Source: Polyangiaceae bacterium (GTDB taxonomy: Bacteria; Myxococcota_A; Polyangia; Polyangiales; Polyangiaceae). Taken from it: a stretch of 64,000 nt of DNA. Made by a program: the position numbers and the translations under genes. The notes under the pieces were generated by a model. The model did not search any database. It saw only the letters and a program-made list of their open reading frames with translations, and was not told the DNA's origin. Every line of letters starts with the position of its first letter. Positions within the stretch are counted from its first letter, which is position 1. Where the stretch lies: NCBI GenBank assembly GCA_965222375.1, contig CBDCTZ010000016.1:1248001-1312000 (forward strand), in the 5' to 3' direction. Shown here in pieces: positions 45,567 through 56,019 of this stretch.

Positions 45567-47849
45567 ATGGCGGACAGCGATGACCCGAATGTTGACAGCT
45601 CGGCGGAGGAGCCCGCGTCAACGCCCGCCGAGCCGTCCGGCGATGGAGCTAGCGGCGTGGCGGTGGACGCGGATGCGCCGACTGTGATGGATGGCCCCAC
45701 AGTTCCACCGGAGTCACCACCGAGCAACGTTGGTTCAGTTCCAGCTGCGGCATCCGGGGAGGCCGCAACTGAGCTGTCGCCGGGGGTTGCGGCTGGAGGC
45801 CCTGTCGCGGCATCGCCCGGCCTGGAAGAGACCAGCAGTGTTGGAGAAGAGGATCCGGCGGCCCGAAGTGCTCGAGAGCGCGGCGCCCGAGAGGCGCGAC
45901 GCAAACAGCGCTCTGAGAACCTCGCTGCGGTCGCGCGCAGCATCTCCTTGAGCGGGCTGATTGGAGTGAGCCTGACGGTCACTGTGCAGTTCTTGTACAA
46001 GGCCAATTGGCTGACACTGTTCATCACCCAGAACCAATTGCCCATGCCCCAGCGCATGCGGATGATCGTCAGCATGGGCATAGGCCTTGGCATCGGCGTG
46101 CTGTTCGGTGCCGTTGGCATGTTCATCGCGCGACGGCGAGGCGTGAGCTATCCGCACATTGAGCGAGTGTTTTGGTTTTTGAGTCCGCTGCTGCTGCTTC
46201 CGGCCTTCCCGCAGCTTTATCGTTGGAAGCCTTGGAAGGGCAAACACAACGACTTGATGCCAGTGCTGCTCTTCATCGCGTTGGTCGCGGAAGTACTGTT
46301 CGTCAAAGCCTTCGGAAACGTCCCTGAGCGCGTCGGGCGAGCGTGGGCCTTTTTGCGTGCCAGGGCCCCCGGCTTCTTCAAGAAACACGGGCCGATCATC
46401 ATCCTGCTCACGTGCATCACTGCGTACACGCTCTTCATGAGTTTCTACAACATGCGGTGGCACTACAAGATCCGCACGCACAACTTCGATCTGGCCATCG
46501 ACAACAACCTCATCTACTCGGCGTTGGAAGGGGGCCACATCGAGAGCACCGTCGTGGTCGGCAAGAATCCTGCTGCCTACCTCGGCGCCCACGCCAAGCT
46601 GGGTCAGTACGTTATTCTGCCGATCTACGCCCTCTATCCCAAGATCGAGACGTTGATAGTGCTGCAGTCCCTCTGTTTGGGTTTGGCAGCCCTTCCCTTG
46701 TACGCGTTTTCGCGCCAGTTCCTCCGGCCTTGGGTCGCTCTGGCGGTGGCCCTCGCGTACCTCTGCTACTTCCCGATGCACAGCGCAAACTTCACGGAAT
46801 CGAAGTACCTGTCGATTTGCATTGTCTTCCTCTTCGCCACTTATTGGGCGGCACTGCGTGGCCGGTGGGTGTGGCTATGCGTCTTCTTCGTATGTGCCGC
46901 GCTGATGCGCGAAGACGTGCCCATTGGTCTGGCAATTGGTGGCACCGTGCTCATCCTCAGTGGCAAGCGACCCGTCGCAGGCTTCATCATGGCGCTGGTC
47001 AGCACCGTTTGGTTCGTCATTTTGCGCTTCATCATCATGGAGCGCGCTGGCGACTGGTGGTTCCCCAGTATGTACAAAGGGCTGTTTGCCCCGGGACAGA
47101 CAGGCTTGGCTAGTGTAGCCAAGACGCTATTCACCAACCCGTTCTTTGTACTGGGCAAGATCATCACCAAAGCGAAGGTCTACTATCTGCTTCACCTTCT
47201 GGTGCCTCTAGCGTTTATTCCCGCGCGGCGCTGGTACCTGTGGGCTGCTTTCGTACCCGGGGCGATTTTGACGCTGTTGGTGACGGACTACAAACCAGTC
47301 TTCGGGTCCTCGTTCCAATACGTGATGCATTGGGTTCCCTATTTGTACCTCGCCGTACCCATCGGCTTGGCAGCACTTGAAAAGAGCGGTGGGGTAGCCA
47401 AGCTTCGGGGTGCGGTTGCGACGCTTCTTCTCGCGACTACTGTCACGAGCTATCACTATGGCGCGTTTGCAGCGCGCAATGGTTCAGTGCGCGGCGGCTA
47501 TCACTACATAAACTTCGACTTCACTCAGGCCGAACGGGAACGCTACGCTGCGCTAAAGGACGTCATTTCCGTCATTCCACCAAAGGCGAGCGTGGTCGCG
47601 ACGGAAACTGTTGGCCCCCACGTTTCCTCGCGTCGCTACATGTACGCAATGCGTCGCGGGCTGTATGGTGCGGAGTACATACTCGCGTCCCGCAGAGAGC
47701 TCGACTTCGAGTCAACGCGGAAGTTCTTCACGAAGGGAGTGAAAGGACGCGAGTACGGTGTGATCAAGCGGGCCGCGGACTTCGTCGTCTTGAAGAAGGG
47801 TCACGACACTTCCGGCAACGCAGACTTGATTCGGGACTGGAAGCTGTAG
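45567..47849 (+). CDS. DUF2079-type GT-C membrane glycosyltransferase with an acidic disordered N-terminus
   Basis: NFDLAIDNN, YLGAH, PIYALYP...TLIVLQSL and ALMREDV motifs; more than 10 TM helices. Confidence 0.78.
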   Translation: MADSDDPNVDSSAEEPASTPAEPSGDGASGVAVDADAPTVMDGPTVPPESPPSNVGSVPAAASGEAATELSPGVAAGGPVAASPGLEETSSVGEEDPAARSARERGAREARRKQRSENLAAVARSISLSGLIGVSLTVTVQFLYKANWLTLFITQNQLPMPQRMRMIVSMGIGLGIGVLFGAVGMFIARRRGVSYPHIERVFWFLSPLLLLPAFPQLYRWKPWKGKHNDLMPVLLFIALVAEVLFVKAFGNVPERVGRAWAFLRARAPGFFKKHGPIIILLTCITAYTLFMSFYNMRWHYKIRTHNFDLAIDNNLIYSALEGGHIESTVVVGKNPAAYLGAHAKLGQYVILPIYALYPKIETLIVLQSLCLGLAALPLYAFSRQFLRPWVALAVALAYLCYFPMHSANFTESKYLSICIVFLFATYWAALRGRWVWLCVFFVCAALMREDVPIGLAIGGTVLILSGKRPVAGFIMALVSTVWFVILRFIIMERAGDWWFPSMYKGLFAPGQTGLASVAKTLFTNPFFVLGKIITKAKVYYLLHLLVPLAFIPARRWYLWAAFVPGAILTLLVTDYKPVFGSSFQYVMHWVPYLYLAVPIGLAALEKSGGVAKLRGAVATLLLATTVTSYHYGAFAARNGSVRGGYHYINFDFTQAERERYAALKDVISVIPPKASVVATETVGPHVSSRRYMYAMRRGLYGAEYILASRRELDFESTRKFFTKGVKGREYGVIKRAADFVVLKKGHDTSGNADLIRDWKL

Positions 47850-48635
47850 ATGCGGCGCATCATCAAGTTCGCGCTGCGAAAGGTCCCCAGGCACGTTCTG
47901 CATCGAATCGCGCCCCTGGCGGGTAGGCTCATCTCACCCGTACTGCGTGGTAACCGGTACGAAGATCCGTTCACGGGGATCACCTATCGCCGGTTGCTGC
48001 CCTACGGGAGGGTCTCGTCTCGGAACAACGCGCTGGCACCCGACTCCCTCTCCCTGGAGCGGCATCGACTGTTGTGGCTGTACTTGAAGCGCGAAACAGA
48101 CTTCTTTTCTAAAGATAGATCCGTCTTGCACATGGCACCTGAGGACTGCTTTCGTCAACGGTTCAGGCGTATGCCGAACCTGGACTACACGACGGCTGAT
48201 TTGAATTCTCCTTGGGCGGATATCCACTGCGACGTTTCGGAGTTGCCCTTCGAAGACGGGCGCTTCGATGTGGTGTTGTGCAACCACGTGCTCGAGCATG
48301 TCGAGGACGATGCCCGCGCGATGGCCGAGCTATTTCGAGTCATGCGGCCGGGGGGGTTTGGCATCTTCCAGGTGCCGATCGACCCCAAGTTGGCGACCAC
48401 GTTCGAAGATCCCAGCATCACCGATCCTGTCGAGCGAGAACGTCACTACGGGCAGAGCGACCACCTGCGGCAGTACGGGCGAGACTACGCAGACAAGCTC
48501 GCGTCGGTTGGTTTCAGAGTGGTTGAAAACGACTTCGCGAGCCGACTGCGGAATGACGAAGTCGAGCGCTACTGCGTGAGTCCCGACGAAGTTATCTACG
48601 TGGGGCACAAACCCAGTTCGGCGCGGGCGGCCTGA
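47850..48635 (+). CDS. Class I SAM-dependent methyltransferase
   Basis: SLERHRLLWLYL, VLHMAPE, LPFEDGRFDVVLCNHVLEHV, RVMRPGG and GQSDHLR. Confidence 0.88.
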   Translation: MRRIIKFALRKVPRHVLHRIAPLAGRLISPVLRGNRYEDPFTGITYRRLLPYGRVSSRNNALAPDSLSLERHRLLWLYLKRETDFFSKDRSVLHMAPEDCFRQRFRRMPNLDYTTADLNSPWADIHCDVSELPFEDGRFDVVLCNHVLEHVEDDARAMAELFRVMRPGGFGIFQVPIDPKLATTFEDPSITDPVERERHYGQSDHLRQYGRDYADKLASVGFRVVENDFASRLRNDEVERYCVSPDEVIYVGHKPSSARAA

Positions 48636-48644
48636 AGCTCGATG

Positions 48645-49265
48645 TCAGCGCTTGCGCACGTGCATCACAAAAGTCGGCGACAGGTGGGCAATGCCTCTAC
48701 GGATCTGACGGCGTATCAGCATGTAGGGGAAGTACCCATACAGCTCCGCGTCGGGCACCAGCTGTTCGATATCGGCTTGGTCGAAGAACTGTATGTGGTC
48801 TTTGCGCTGGATCCGCTGCGGCGTTAGGCCAAAAAGGGCGATCAATCGAAAAAGTAGTGCGTAGCTGTTGGGCGTCGTCATGATGATGTCCCCGCCTGGT
48901 TTCGTGACCCGGCGAAACTCCGAGACTGCAGTCCCCGGGGCGTGCAGATGCTCGATGACTTCTGAACTCCAAACCAAGTCAAAGCTCGCGTCGTCAAAGG
49001 GCAACCGTTCGTTGGCGTCGACGACCTGGCATTCCGGGAATAGGGACTCCACGTCAACGCTGGTGACCGTGTAGCCTCGCGCCTGTAGCCAACGTGTCTG
49101 GTTTCCTTCTCGCGCACCAACGTCCAGGGCGGTCTTGCCGTGGCCATCTGGGACCAGGTCGAGGGCGATCAACTTGCCTTTGGTCGTTGTGCTCAGGTTT
49201 CCCTGCCCGAGATCCAAAGGGATGTGCTTGAGGGCTTCGATCAGCCGCTCGCTAAGCTTCGACAT
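48645..49265 (-). CDS. Class I SAM-dependent methyltransferase
   Basis: ALDVGAREG, LPFDDASFDLVWSSEVIEHL, RVTKPGG and TTPN. ATG 49265 overlaps the GT2 end. Confidence 0.9.
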   Translation of the reverse strand: MSKLSERLIEALKHIPLDLGQGNLSTTTKGKLIALDLVPDGHGKTALDVGAREGNQTRWLQARGYTVTSVDVESLFPECQVVDANERLPFDDASFDLVWSSEVIEHLHAPGTAVSEFRRVTKPGGDIIMTTPNSYALLFRLIALFGLTPQRIQRKDHIQFFDQADIEQLVPDAELYGYFPYMLIRRQIRRGIAHLSPTFVMHVRKR

Positions 49266-50238
49266 GGGCTGCGGCCTTTGCTTCCTCGATCTGAACGGAA
49301 CCTTGGACTTTCTTTCGGACGTAGTACGGAGAGCGGCTCTGAGACTCGAAGTAGGTGCGCGCGACCATGTCCGCGACGAGGCCGAGCGAGAGCAACTGCA
49401 CGCCAACGACAACGAGCAGCACGCCGAGTAGGAGCAAGGGTCGCTCCCCGATGGCTTGGTGGTAGACCACCTTGGCAAAGGCCAGGTAGCCACACACAAG
49501 CACGCCCAGGGAAAAACAGGCCAGCCCCATCAGCCCAAAGACCTGCATCGGGCGCACCAGATACTGTTGCATGAAGCGAACCGTGGCCAGGTCCAGCACG
49601 ACCCGAAGGGTGCGCCCAATCCCGTAGTTACTCACTCCGAACTGGCGCGCGCGGTGGTTCACCTTCATTTCCACGATTCGCGCACCGATTTGGTCCGCGA
49701 GGGCGGGAATGAAGCGGTGCATTTCCCCATACAGCTTGAGCTCGCGGGCCAAGGTCCCGTTCAGCGCCTTCAGAGTGCAACCGTAGTCATGGAGCTTGAC
49801 CCCGGTCGTCTGACCGATGATCCAGTTGGCAGTCACCGAGGGCAACCGCCGGCTCAAGAACTTGTCTTTGCGATCGGCTCGCCAGCCAGCCACGACGTCG
49901 TACCCCTCGCGGAGCTTGGCCATCATGGCCGGGATGTCCGCCGGGTCGTTTTGCAGATCCGCGTCCATCAACACGACGACATCTCCGCGGGACTCGTCCA
50001 GGCCAGCTTGCAGGGCAGCGGTCTGACCGAAGTTACGTCGAAGCTGCACTGCAACGATGTGGGGATTGGTTTGGGCCTTCTGTTGAAGGACCTCGAAGCT
50101 TCGGTCCTTTGACCCGTCGTCGACGAGGATCAATTCGTATTCCTTGACCGCTCCCTCCAGGGCGTCCTGAAGTTCTTGGAGGAGATGGGGCAGGCTCTCC
50201 TCTTCGTTGTAGATTGGAACGATGACGGAAAGATCCAT
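49252..50238 (-). CDS. GT2 polyprenyl-phosphate glycosyltransferase (ArnC/GtrB-like)
   Basis: SVIVPIYNEEE, VDDGSKD, RNFGQTAA, MDADLQNDP, HDYGC and HRFIP; two C-terminal TM helices. Confidence 0.93.
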   Translation of the reverse strand: MDLSVIVPIYNEEESLPHLLQELQDALEGAVKEYELILVDDGSKDRSFEVLQQKAQTNPHIVAVQLRRNFGQTAALQAGLDESRGDVVVLMDADLQNDPADIPAMMAKLREGYDVVAGWRADRKDKFLSRRLPSVTANWIIGQTTGVKLHDYGCTLKALNGTLARELKLYGEMHRFIPALADQIGARIVEMKVNHRARQFGVSNYGIGRTLRVVLDLATVRFMQQYLVRPMQVFGLMGLACFSLGVLVCGYLAFAKVVYHQAIGERPLLLLGVLLVVVGVQLLSLGLVADMVARTYFESQSRSPYYVRKKVQGSVQIEEAKAAAHVEA

Positions 50239-50396
50239 GGCAAGAATTCTGAGAACATAGCGTTTCTGGGGCCCGCGACGCCACAAACCTCGGTTCCGTC
50301 ACTTGCGGCGCGCGTCGGCCTTAGATCCCCGCGTATTCACGCAGATTTGTGGTGCCCACCCTCGACCTATTGAAGGGACCGTGCCAAAGTACCGGC

Positions 50397-51401
50397 ATGA
50401 AGTGGTGGACGCTTACGCCCTTGGTGGCGATTCTTTTTGTAGGTTGCGGTAGTGATGACGACTCGGGCAGCGGCGGCGCAGGCGGCGTCGGTGCCACGGG
50501 CGGCGTCGGTGCCACAGGTGGTTTTGGTGCAACCGGTGGCTCGACGGGTGGCTCATCTGGCAGCGGTGGTTCGACTGGCGGCGCTTCCGGTAGCGGCGGT
50601 GCCACGGGCGGTACGGCAGGCAGCGCGGGTTCGGCGGGCACTGCGGGCTCGTCTGGCAGCGCGGGTACGGCTGGCACTGCGGGCTCGGCCGGCAGCGCAG
50701 GCTCGGCCGGCAGCGCAGGCTCGGCCGGCAGCGGTGGCGCGGGCGGCAGTGCGGGCTCAGCCGGCAGCGGTGGCACGGCGGGCAGCGCGGGTTCGGCGGG
50801 TAGCGGTGGCAGCGGTGGAGCGCCCTCGTGTCAGGCCCCGTCCGACAACTTCGACGATGCCGCCATCAACGCGATGTGGAGCGTTAAGGCTGACACCGGG
50901 ATGACGGTGACCGAGGCGGCTGGAGTGTTGGACGTCACGTTCACGGCGGCGCCCACCGGCATCGCCTATTCACGTATTGCCACGAAGGCCAAGCATGACC
51001 TCACGGGGTGCTCGGCAGAGGTCAAGCTCGATACGCTTCCCACCGCGCTGACTTCTGTCTACACGAACTTCACTGCCGATGACGGCACGGGCAACACGCT
51101 GGAGTTCTTTGTGAACAACGGCTCGCTGTCTGCGTTCATCTGGACCGGGGCCAACCCGGTGGAGTTGAAGAAGGACACCTTCGATGCCTTGAAGCACACC
51201 TGGTTGCGCCTCCGAGAATCGGGGGGAACAGTGTTTTGGGATACTTCTGGCGATGGCAAGACCTGGGCAAACTTCGCCTCGACGACGCCAACGTTCTCCA
51301 TCAAGACCATGAACTTCTTCCTCGGCTGTGGCACGTTCGCCGCCGAGGCGGTGAATCCCGGCAAGTCCGCGTTCGATAACTGGAATCTGCCCAAACCCTG
51401 A
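50397..51401 (+). CDS. Gly/Ser-linker lipoprotein with a C-terminal lectin-like beta-sandwich
   Basis: Lipobox FVGC; long GSA linker; DNFDD...WLRLRESGGTVFWDTSGDGKTW...FDNWN. Confidence 0.78.
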   Translation: MKWWTLTPLVAILFVGCGSDDDSGSGGAGGVGATGGVGATGGFGATGGSTGGSSGSGGSTGGASGSGGATGGTAGSAGSAGTAGSSGSAGTAGTAGSAGSAGSAGSAGSAGSGGAGGSAGSAGSGGTAGSAGSAGSGGSGGAPSCQAPSDNFDDAAINAMWSVKADTGMTVTEAAGVLDVTFTAAPTGIAYSRIATKAKHDLTGCSAEVKLDTLPTALTSVYTNFTADDGTGNTLEFFVNNGSLSAFIWTGANPVELKKDTFDALKHTWLRLRESGGTVFWDTSGDGKTWANFASTTPTFSIKTMNFFLGCGTFAAEAVNPGKSAFDNWNLPKP

Positions 51402-51404
51402 TTT

Positions 51405-52235
51405 TCAGGGTTTGGGTTCGTCGTTTGCGCCGTCGTCAGTTGCGTCGGCGTGAGCCTGGGTAGTGCCTGCGTCTGAGAGCGTGGCGGTAGTCGCGTCGGC
51501 GTCGGGCACCAGCGTCGGTGCCGCGCTCGCGCCCGCCGGCGCGGCTTTCGCGCCGCTCGCCAAGGCCTGGTGCAGAGCGCTCGCGCCCGGTGAGGTGTGC
51601 TTGCGCTCGATCAGGATCCCATAGGGCGTAGCGCCCGCACCGTAGTAGGCCTGATTGAATGAGTCGCGGGCACCGACGACGGTGCCGTCCAGGGACAGCC
51701 CCGCAAACAGCCCGCCCACTTCCACGAACTGGTAGATGTCGCTCGCGGCGGTGGTCGCCGCGCCCTCCCCGGTTCCCCCGACGGTGCCTGCCGCCACGGT
51801 CGCATCTGCCCCCAACGTAATGCCCCGCTCGATGGTGCTGCGTAGCGCCGCTTCGTTCATGAAGAACAGCACCACAGCGGCTTCTTGGTAGCCCACCTGC
51901 AGACCCGCACTGCCAGCGCCCATCGAGTAGAACGCCGGAGCGCTCCAACCTCGGCCGTCCTTGGCCAGAAGCACGCCGTTACCGCCCTCGCCCCCGAAGA
52001 TCATGCTCGCCTTGATGATACGCGGGAAGATCATCACGCCGTGGGCGCGTTCGATGAAGTACTCGAGCGCCGGGTGTTGCGCGCTCCTCACGCGACGAAA
52101 GGCCTCTGCACTACGGTCGACGATCTTCTGTTGCGGTGAAGCATCCGGCGCGGAAGTGTGGGAGTCGCGGTAGCAACTGCCCGACGCCGCCACGGCACCC
52201 AGTGCCAGGGACACTGCCAAGAGCCGTTGAAACAT
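51405..52235 (-). CDS. SYLF/Ysc84 lipid-binding domain lipoprotein
   Basis: AHGVMIFP..IKA..FGGEGGNGVL, WSAPAF, SAGLQVG and GLFAGLSLDG...NQAYYG. Confidence 0.9.
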   Translation of the reverse strand: MFQRLLAVSLALGAVAASGSCYRDSHTSAPDASPQQKIVDRSAEAFRRVRSAQHPALEYFIERAHGVMIFPRIIKASMIFGGEGGNGVLLAKDGRGWSAPAFYSMGAGSAGLQVGYQEAAVVLFFMNEAALRSTIERGITLGADATVAAGTVGGTGEGAATTAASDIYQFVEVGGLFAGLSLDGTVVGARDSFNQAYYGAGATPYGILIERKHTSPGASALHQALASGAKAAPAGASAAPTLVPDADATTATLSDAGTTQAHADATDDGANDEPKP

Positions 52236-52339
52236 GTGGAGGCTCTACCACGAGTACGCTATTTCTGGGCGGGTCCGGCACCATCCAAACAACGCCCGTC
52301 GCAGGAGTTGACGCTTGTCTACTGGGGCGCTTTGCGCGC

Positions 52340-53407
52340 TCACTTCGGCGTTGCGACGCAACAACCAGTCAGGCAGTAGTCGCCGTTGGGACATCCAGGC
52401 AAGCACGAGACTCCACACGGCTGCACGCCCGCGGGGCAGACCGGCGTGACGCAACTTCCACCGGTCCCGCCGCTGCCGCCAGAGCCGGCGGTTCCCCCCG
52501 CGCCCCCAGTGCCGGGGCTGCCGCCAGTGCCCGGAAAACAGCTCGGGGGCAGCGTGGTCTTGCCCAGGCAGAGCTCACACTCTTTGCAGTCGTTGAAGCA
52601 GCCCGTGACGATCGTGCACGGCTTGCACTTGCTCGGATCGCCGACGTCTTTGAGAGTGCAGGTTCCATTGTCCGAGGAGTCTTTCGAGCCCAGCCAAATC
52701 GGCGTCGATGCGCCGGGCACGTTGCAGCAGCCGAAGCAATCACAGCCGTTGGGCGTCAGTGGTCCACAGTAGTCCGTGCAGGCCTTTTCTTGACTGGTGC
52801 GCGCCTTGTCGCAAGACCACGGCGGCCCGCTGTTGATGACTTTTGTATTCGGGTCGTACTTGCACTCGTCGCCTTCTGGCGGATAGTTGGGAGCGACCGA
52901 CAGCTTGTCGCAGCGATGGTCCCAGAAGCATTGGTCGTTTCCCGACCCCGAGTCTTGGTCGAAGTAGCAATCTTGCAGGCATGGTGGAGCAGCTTGACCC
53001 GGGATGTTTCCCTTGTAGCCGCTCTCGTTGTTGTCGCATGGCCCAAAACAATCCGGATCTTCCGAGTCGATTAGGCCATCCTTGTCGTTGTCCACGGTGT
53101 CGCCGCACTGATACGTCTTGCCTTGGCACTGGGCGATGGTCGGCGCGCCGCCGCTGCCCGTGGCCCCGGTGCCGGTAGCGCCGGTGCCGGTAGCGCCCGT
53201 GCCTGTGGCGCCGGTTCCAGTCGCGCCGGTGCCCGTGGCGCCGGTTCCAGTCGCGCCCGTTCCGGCGCCGCTGACACCTGCTCCCCCTGCGGCACCTGAC
53301 TGTCCGCCGCCAGCGCCGCCGCTGCCCGGGTTGTCGTTTTCGTCCGAACTACTGCACGCGAAGACAGAGATCGCCAGCAAGGCCGCCAAACGGGGGTAGG
53401 TCACCAT
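52340..53407 (-). CDS. Cys-rich lipoprotein with a (TGATG)7 linker
   Basis: Lipobox VFAC; QCGDTVDNDKDGLIDSEDPDCFGPCDN, DCYFDQDSGSGND and TPNGCDCFGCC. Confidence 0.82.
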   Translation of the reverse strand: MVTYPRLAALLAISVFACSSSDENDNPGSGGAGGGQSGAAGGAGVSGAGTGATGTGATGTGATGTGATGTGATGTGATGTGATGSGGAPTIAQCQGKTYQCGDTVDNDKDGLIDSEDPDCFGPCDNNESGYKGNIPGQAAPPCLQDCYFDQDSGSGNDQCFWDHRCDKLSVAPNYPPEGDECKYDPNTKVINSGPPWSCDKARTSQEKACTDYCGPLTPNGCDCFGCCNVPGASTPIWLGSKDSSDNGTCTLKDVGDPSKCKPCTIVTGCFNDCKECELCLGKTTLPPSCFPGTGGSPGTGGAGGTAGSGGSGGTGGSCVTPVCPAGVQPCGVSCLPGCPNGDYCLTGCCVATPK

Positions 53408-53538
53408 GATCCAATGGTGAATCACATCCGACAAGCTGTCTACTTTGTCGCGAAAGCACCCTCACTTCCACGCCTTCACGAGCCAAACACGTAGCGATGA
53501 GCCGCGCCGGGCCGCACGGTGCTGGGTCGAGAAGCGCG

Positions 53539-54312
53539 CTAGGACCCGCACCAATCGTTACACGTGGTGCCGGGAGTCAGCGTGAAACAGATCTTCTGGC
53601 CAAAGGCGCAGGTGCAACACGTTGCCGCGGAGCCGCACACCACCGCTCCGCATTGCCCCCCGGTTTGCCCCCCGGAGCCGCCGCTGGCGCTCGAACCGCC
53701 CGAACCGCTGGACCCTCCACTTCCGCCTCCACCGCAGGAACCGCAGTCCTGCTTTGCTTGACTGACGCAGGCGCTGTCCCATTCGGTGTTGCAGCAAAAG
53801 CTGTCCAATGCGCACACGCAAGCTTGCACGGTTGGGTTCGAGCAGCCTGGGGTTGTATGCACTGCGCAGCACGTTCCACCGCCTCCGCTGCCGCCAGTGC
53901 CCGGAGAGCCTCCAATGCCTCCAGCGCCACCGCTGCTGGTGCCGCCGGTTGCAAGTCCTCCGCTTCCGCTGGTGCCACTGGAACCCCCGGTTGCAAAGCC
54001 GCCGCTGCCACTCGTGCCGCTGGAGCCCCCGGTGGCAGACCCGCCGCTGCCGCTGTTGCCCCCGAAGCCGGCAAAGGCCCCAGTGCCGCCGGTTTGCGGA
54101 CTTCCACCTGCGCCGGCGCTACCGCCCGATTGTTTGACGCCGCCAGAACCGAAAGCGCCGAAGCCGCCCGAGCCCGTCGTCGCGCCACCGCCATCAACGC
54201 CCTTGCACACGCTGCCATCCGGGCAACCGCCGCCGCCACCCGCGCTAGAGCTACATGCGGCCAGTATCAATGCGGAACAGACGCCAGCGAGGCGTAGACT
54301 CAATGAACTCAT
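53539..54312 (-). CDS. Gly-rich/Cys-rich lipoprotein
   Basis: Lipobox LAAC; CCAVHTTPGC...CVCALDSFCCNTEWDSACV module. Start uncertain. Confidence 0.78.
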   Translation of the reverse strand: MSSLSLRLAGVCSALILAACSSSAGGGGGCPDGSVCKGVDGGGATTGSGGFGAFGSGGVKQSGGSAGAGGSPQTGGTGAFAGFGGNSGSGGSATGGSSGTSGSGGFATGGSSGTSGSGGLATGGTSSGGAGGIGGSPGTGGSGGGGTCCAVHTTPGCSNPTVQACVCALDSFCCNTEWDSACVSQAKQDCGSCGGGGSGGSSGSGGSSASGGSGGQTGGQCGAVVCGSAATCCTCAFGQKICFTLTPGTTCNDWCGS

Positions 54313-54498
54313 TCTCGCGCGTGATGCAATCATGATGCCACTCCCAAAGGCGGCGCCTAGCACGGCTTTCCTGAACAGGCTTGCCACCAAACCGGGGCGC
54401 AGCCGCCCCAACAGGTGGAACGGGGTGTGGCCGGTCCACCCTCCTGCGTCCATTGAGTCCAAGGCGCCGGTGGCGCCAGGGGTGTCTTGGGGTTCACC

Positions 54499-56019
54499 TC
54501 AACGCGGCGGGCCACCCGGAAACACACTCGGCGGCGGGGGCGTCAAGCTGCCGCGGTCCGCGGCTTTGACCAGAACTCGCAGCCACTTGCGCAATTGCGA
54601 GAAGATCAAGAACTCATCGTGAACTCGAAGCTGCCCCTGTCGACCCCAGGCATCTCGCTCGTCGGGCTCGTTGAGCATCAGGACGAGGGCCGTGGCGATC
54701 ACGTCTGGATCCGAGGCGTTGGCGTGCAGGCGGCCGTCGATGCCGTCGCGGATCTGCTGCCGAATGCCACAGGCCGGCGCTCCGAGCACGGGCACCCGCT
54801 TCCACATCGGTTCGGTAACCGTCAATCCGAAGCCCTCTTGGAGCGAGTTCTGCACCACGATGCTGGAGCAAGTCTGAAGTGCGTTGACCATCAACGCGTT
54901 CTCCCGGCTCGACGCCATGGGAAGGGACAAGATCACGATGTCTTTGCGGACATCTGGCTCGATCGACACGTACTTCTTCTTCAAGTCCTCGAGAACGTCC
55001 TTGGCTTCTGGATCGTCGGCGACCGACGCCGGCTCCGGTCCGGCGAAGACCAGGCGGCACAAGTCGAAACGCTTGCGCTGGTCCTCGGTCAAGTTTGGGA
55101 TCTTGCGGTGATCGCGTTTGAGTTGCACGAAAGCGTTGAGTAGTGGCGACCACCCCTTCAACGCATCCCAGCGTGAGATTTGAGTGATGATTGGCCGGAA
55201 CAACAGGCCGATTTCGTCTGGCTCCAGCGCCGAGCCAAACTCGCCCTCGGCGTTCAGGCGCTCGGCGCGGGTTTCAAATGGGGGGCGTAGCACGGGGTTG
55301 TGCTCCGCCATCAGGCCCGAGTTGCACAAGATCCCGGTGAGATGCACGGCAGCGAGGGGACGATTCTTGTCCGTGAGGGGGTCGATGGCTGGTGTGATCA
55401 GGGATACGCGTCCGGTTAGAAACTCCGGGATATACTCGGGCGCCGTGAAAACGCCGTAGTCGTATTCGTTCAAATGAGGTTGCAGGAATTGCCACACCGC
55501 TTGGGTTTGGGCGTTGGTTTCGTCCAAACCGATGTGACAGCGCCAAAGGGCAACCACATCTTGTCGCTGGCGAATCAACGCACCCATGCCGGCGGGTTGT
55601 GGGTCGTGAATGACGAGAAGATCTCCTGGTGCCAGGAGTGGCGAGAATTCGTCGGCTAGTTCGCTGCTGACCGCGTTGTAGAGCTCACGCTCCTCGGCAG
55701 AGAAACCCGGATCTCCTGCGCCGTGGATCATGTTGTGGATGCGTTTGGTCAAATCAAAGAACTCGGTTCGCTCCGTTCCAATCACCATCCAGCGAGTTTT
55801 CAGGCCGAGTTCCCGCAACAATGCAACTTGCCGCGGCAGCATTTCCGCGACGCCGCCACCTTTGGCCGTGGAGTTGACCATCCAGAGCGTCTTGCCCCGC
55901 AGGGCACGGACGAGCGGAACAGCCTCACGCTTGAGCTCGCGAACGGCATGCGCGATGTGCGCGTAGGCTTCATAGTCCGAGAGCTCCAGGCCCTTCGGAA
56001 CCTCCACTTCCTCGATCAT
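54499..56019 (-). CDS. treT: Trehalose glycosyltransferring synthase (GT4, TreT-like)
   Basis: VNSTAKGGGVAEML, FFDLTKRIHN, IHDPQPAG, WRCHI, PAIDPL..KN, QISRWDALKG, VNALQ and EGFGLTVTEPMWK. Confidence 0.88.
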   Translation of the reverse strand: MIEEVEVPKGLELSDYEAYAHIAHAVRELKREAVPLVRALRGKTLWMVNSTAKGGGVAEMLPRQVALLRELGLKTRWMVIGTERTEFFDLTKRIHNMIHGAGDPGFSAEERELYNAVSSELADEFSPLLAPGDLLVIHDPQPAGMGALIRQRQDVVALWRCHIGLDETNAQTQAVWQFLQPHLNEYDYGVFTAPEYIPEFLTGRVSLITPAIDPLTDKNRPLAAVHLTGILCNSGLMAEHNPVLRPPFETRAERLNAEGEFGSALEPDEIGLLFRPIITQISRWDALKGWSPLLNAFVQLKRDHRKIPNLTEDQRKRFDLCRLVFAGPEPASVADDPEAKDVLEDLKKKYVSIEPDVRKDIVILSLPMASSRENALMVNALQTCSSIVVQNSLQEGFGLTVTEPMWKRVPVLGAPACGIRQQIRDGIDGRLHANASDPDVIATALVLMLNEPDERDAWGRQGQLRVHDEFLIFSQLRKWLRVLVKAADRGSLTPPPPSVFPGGPPR

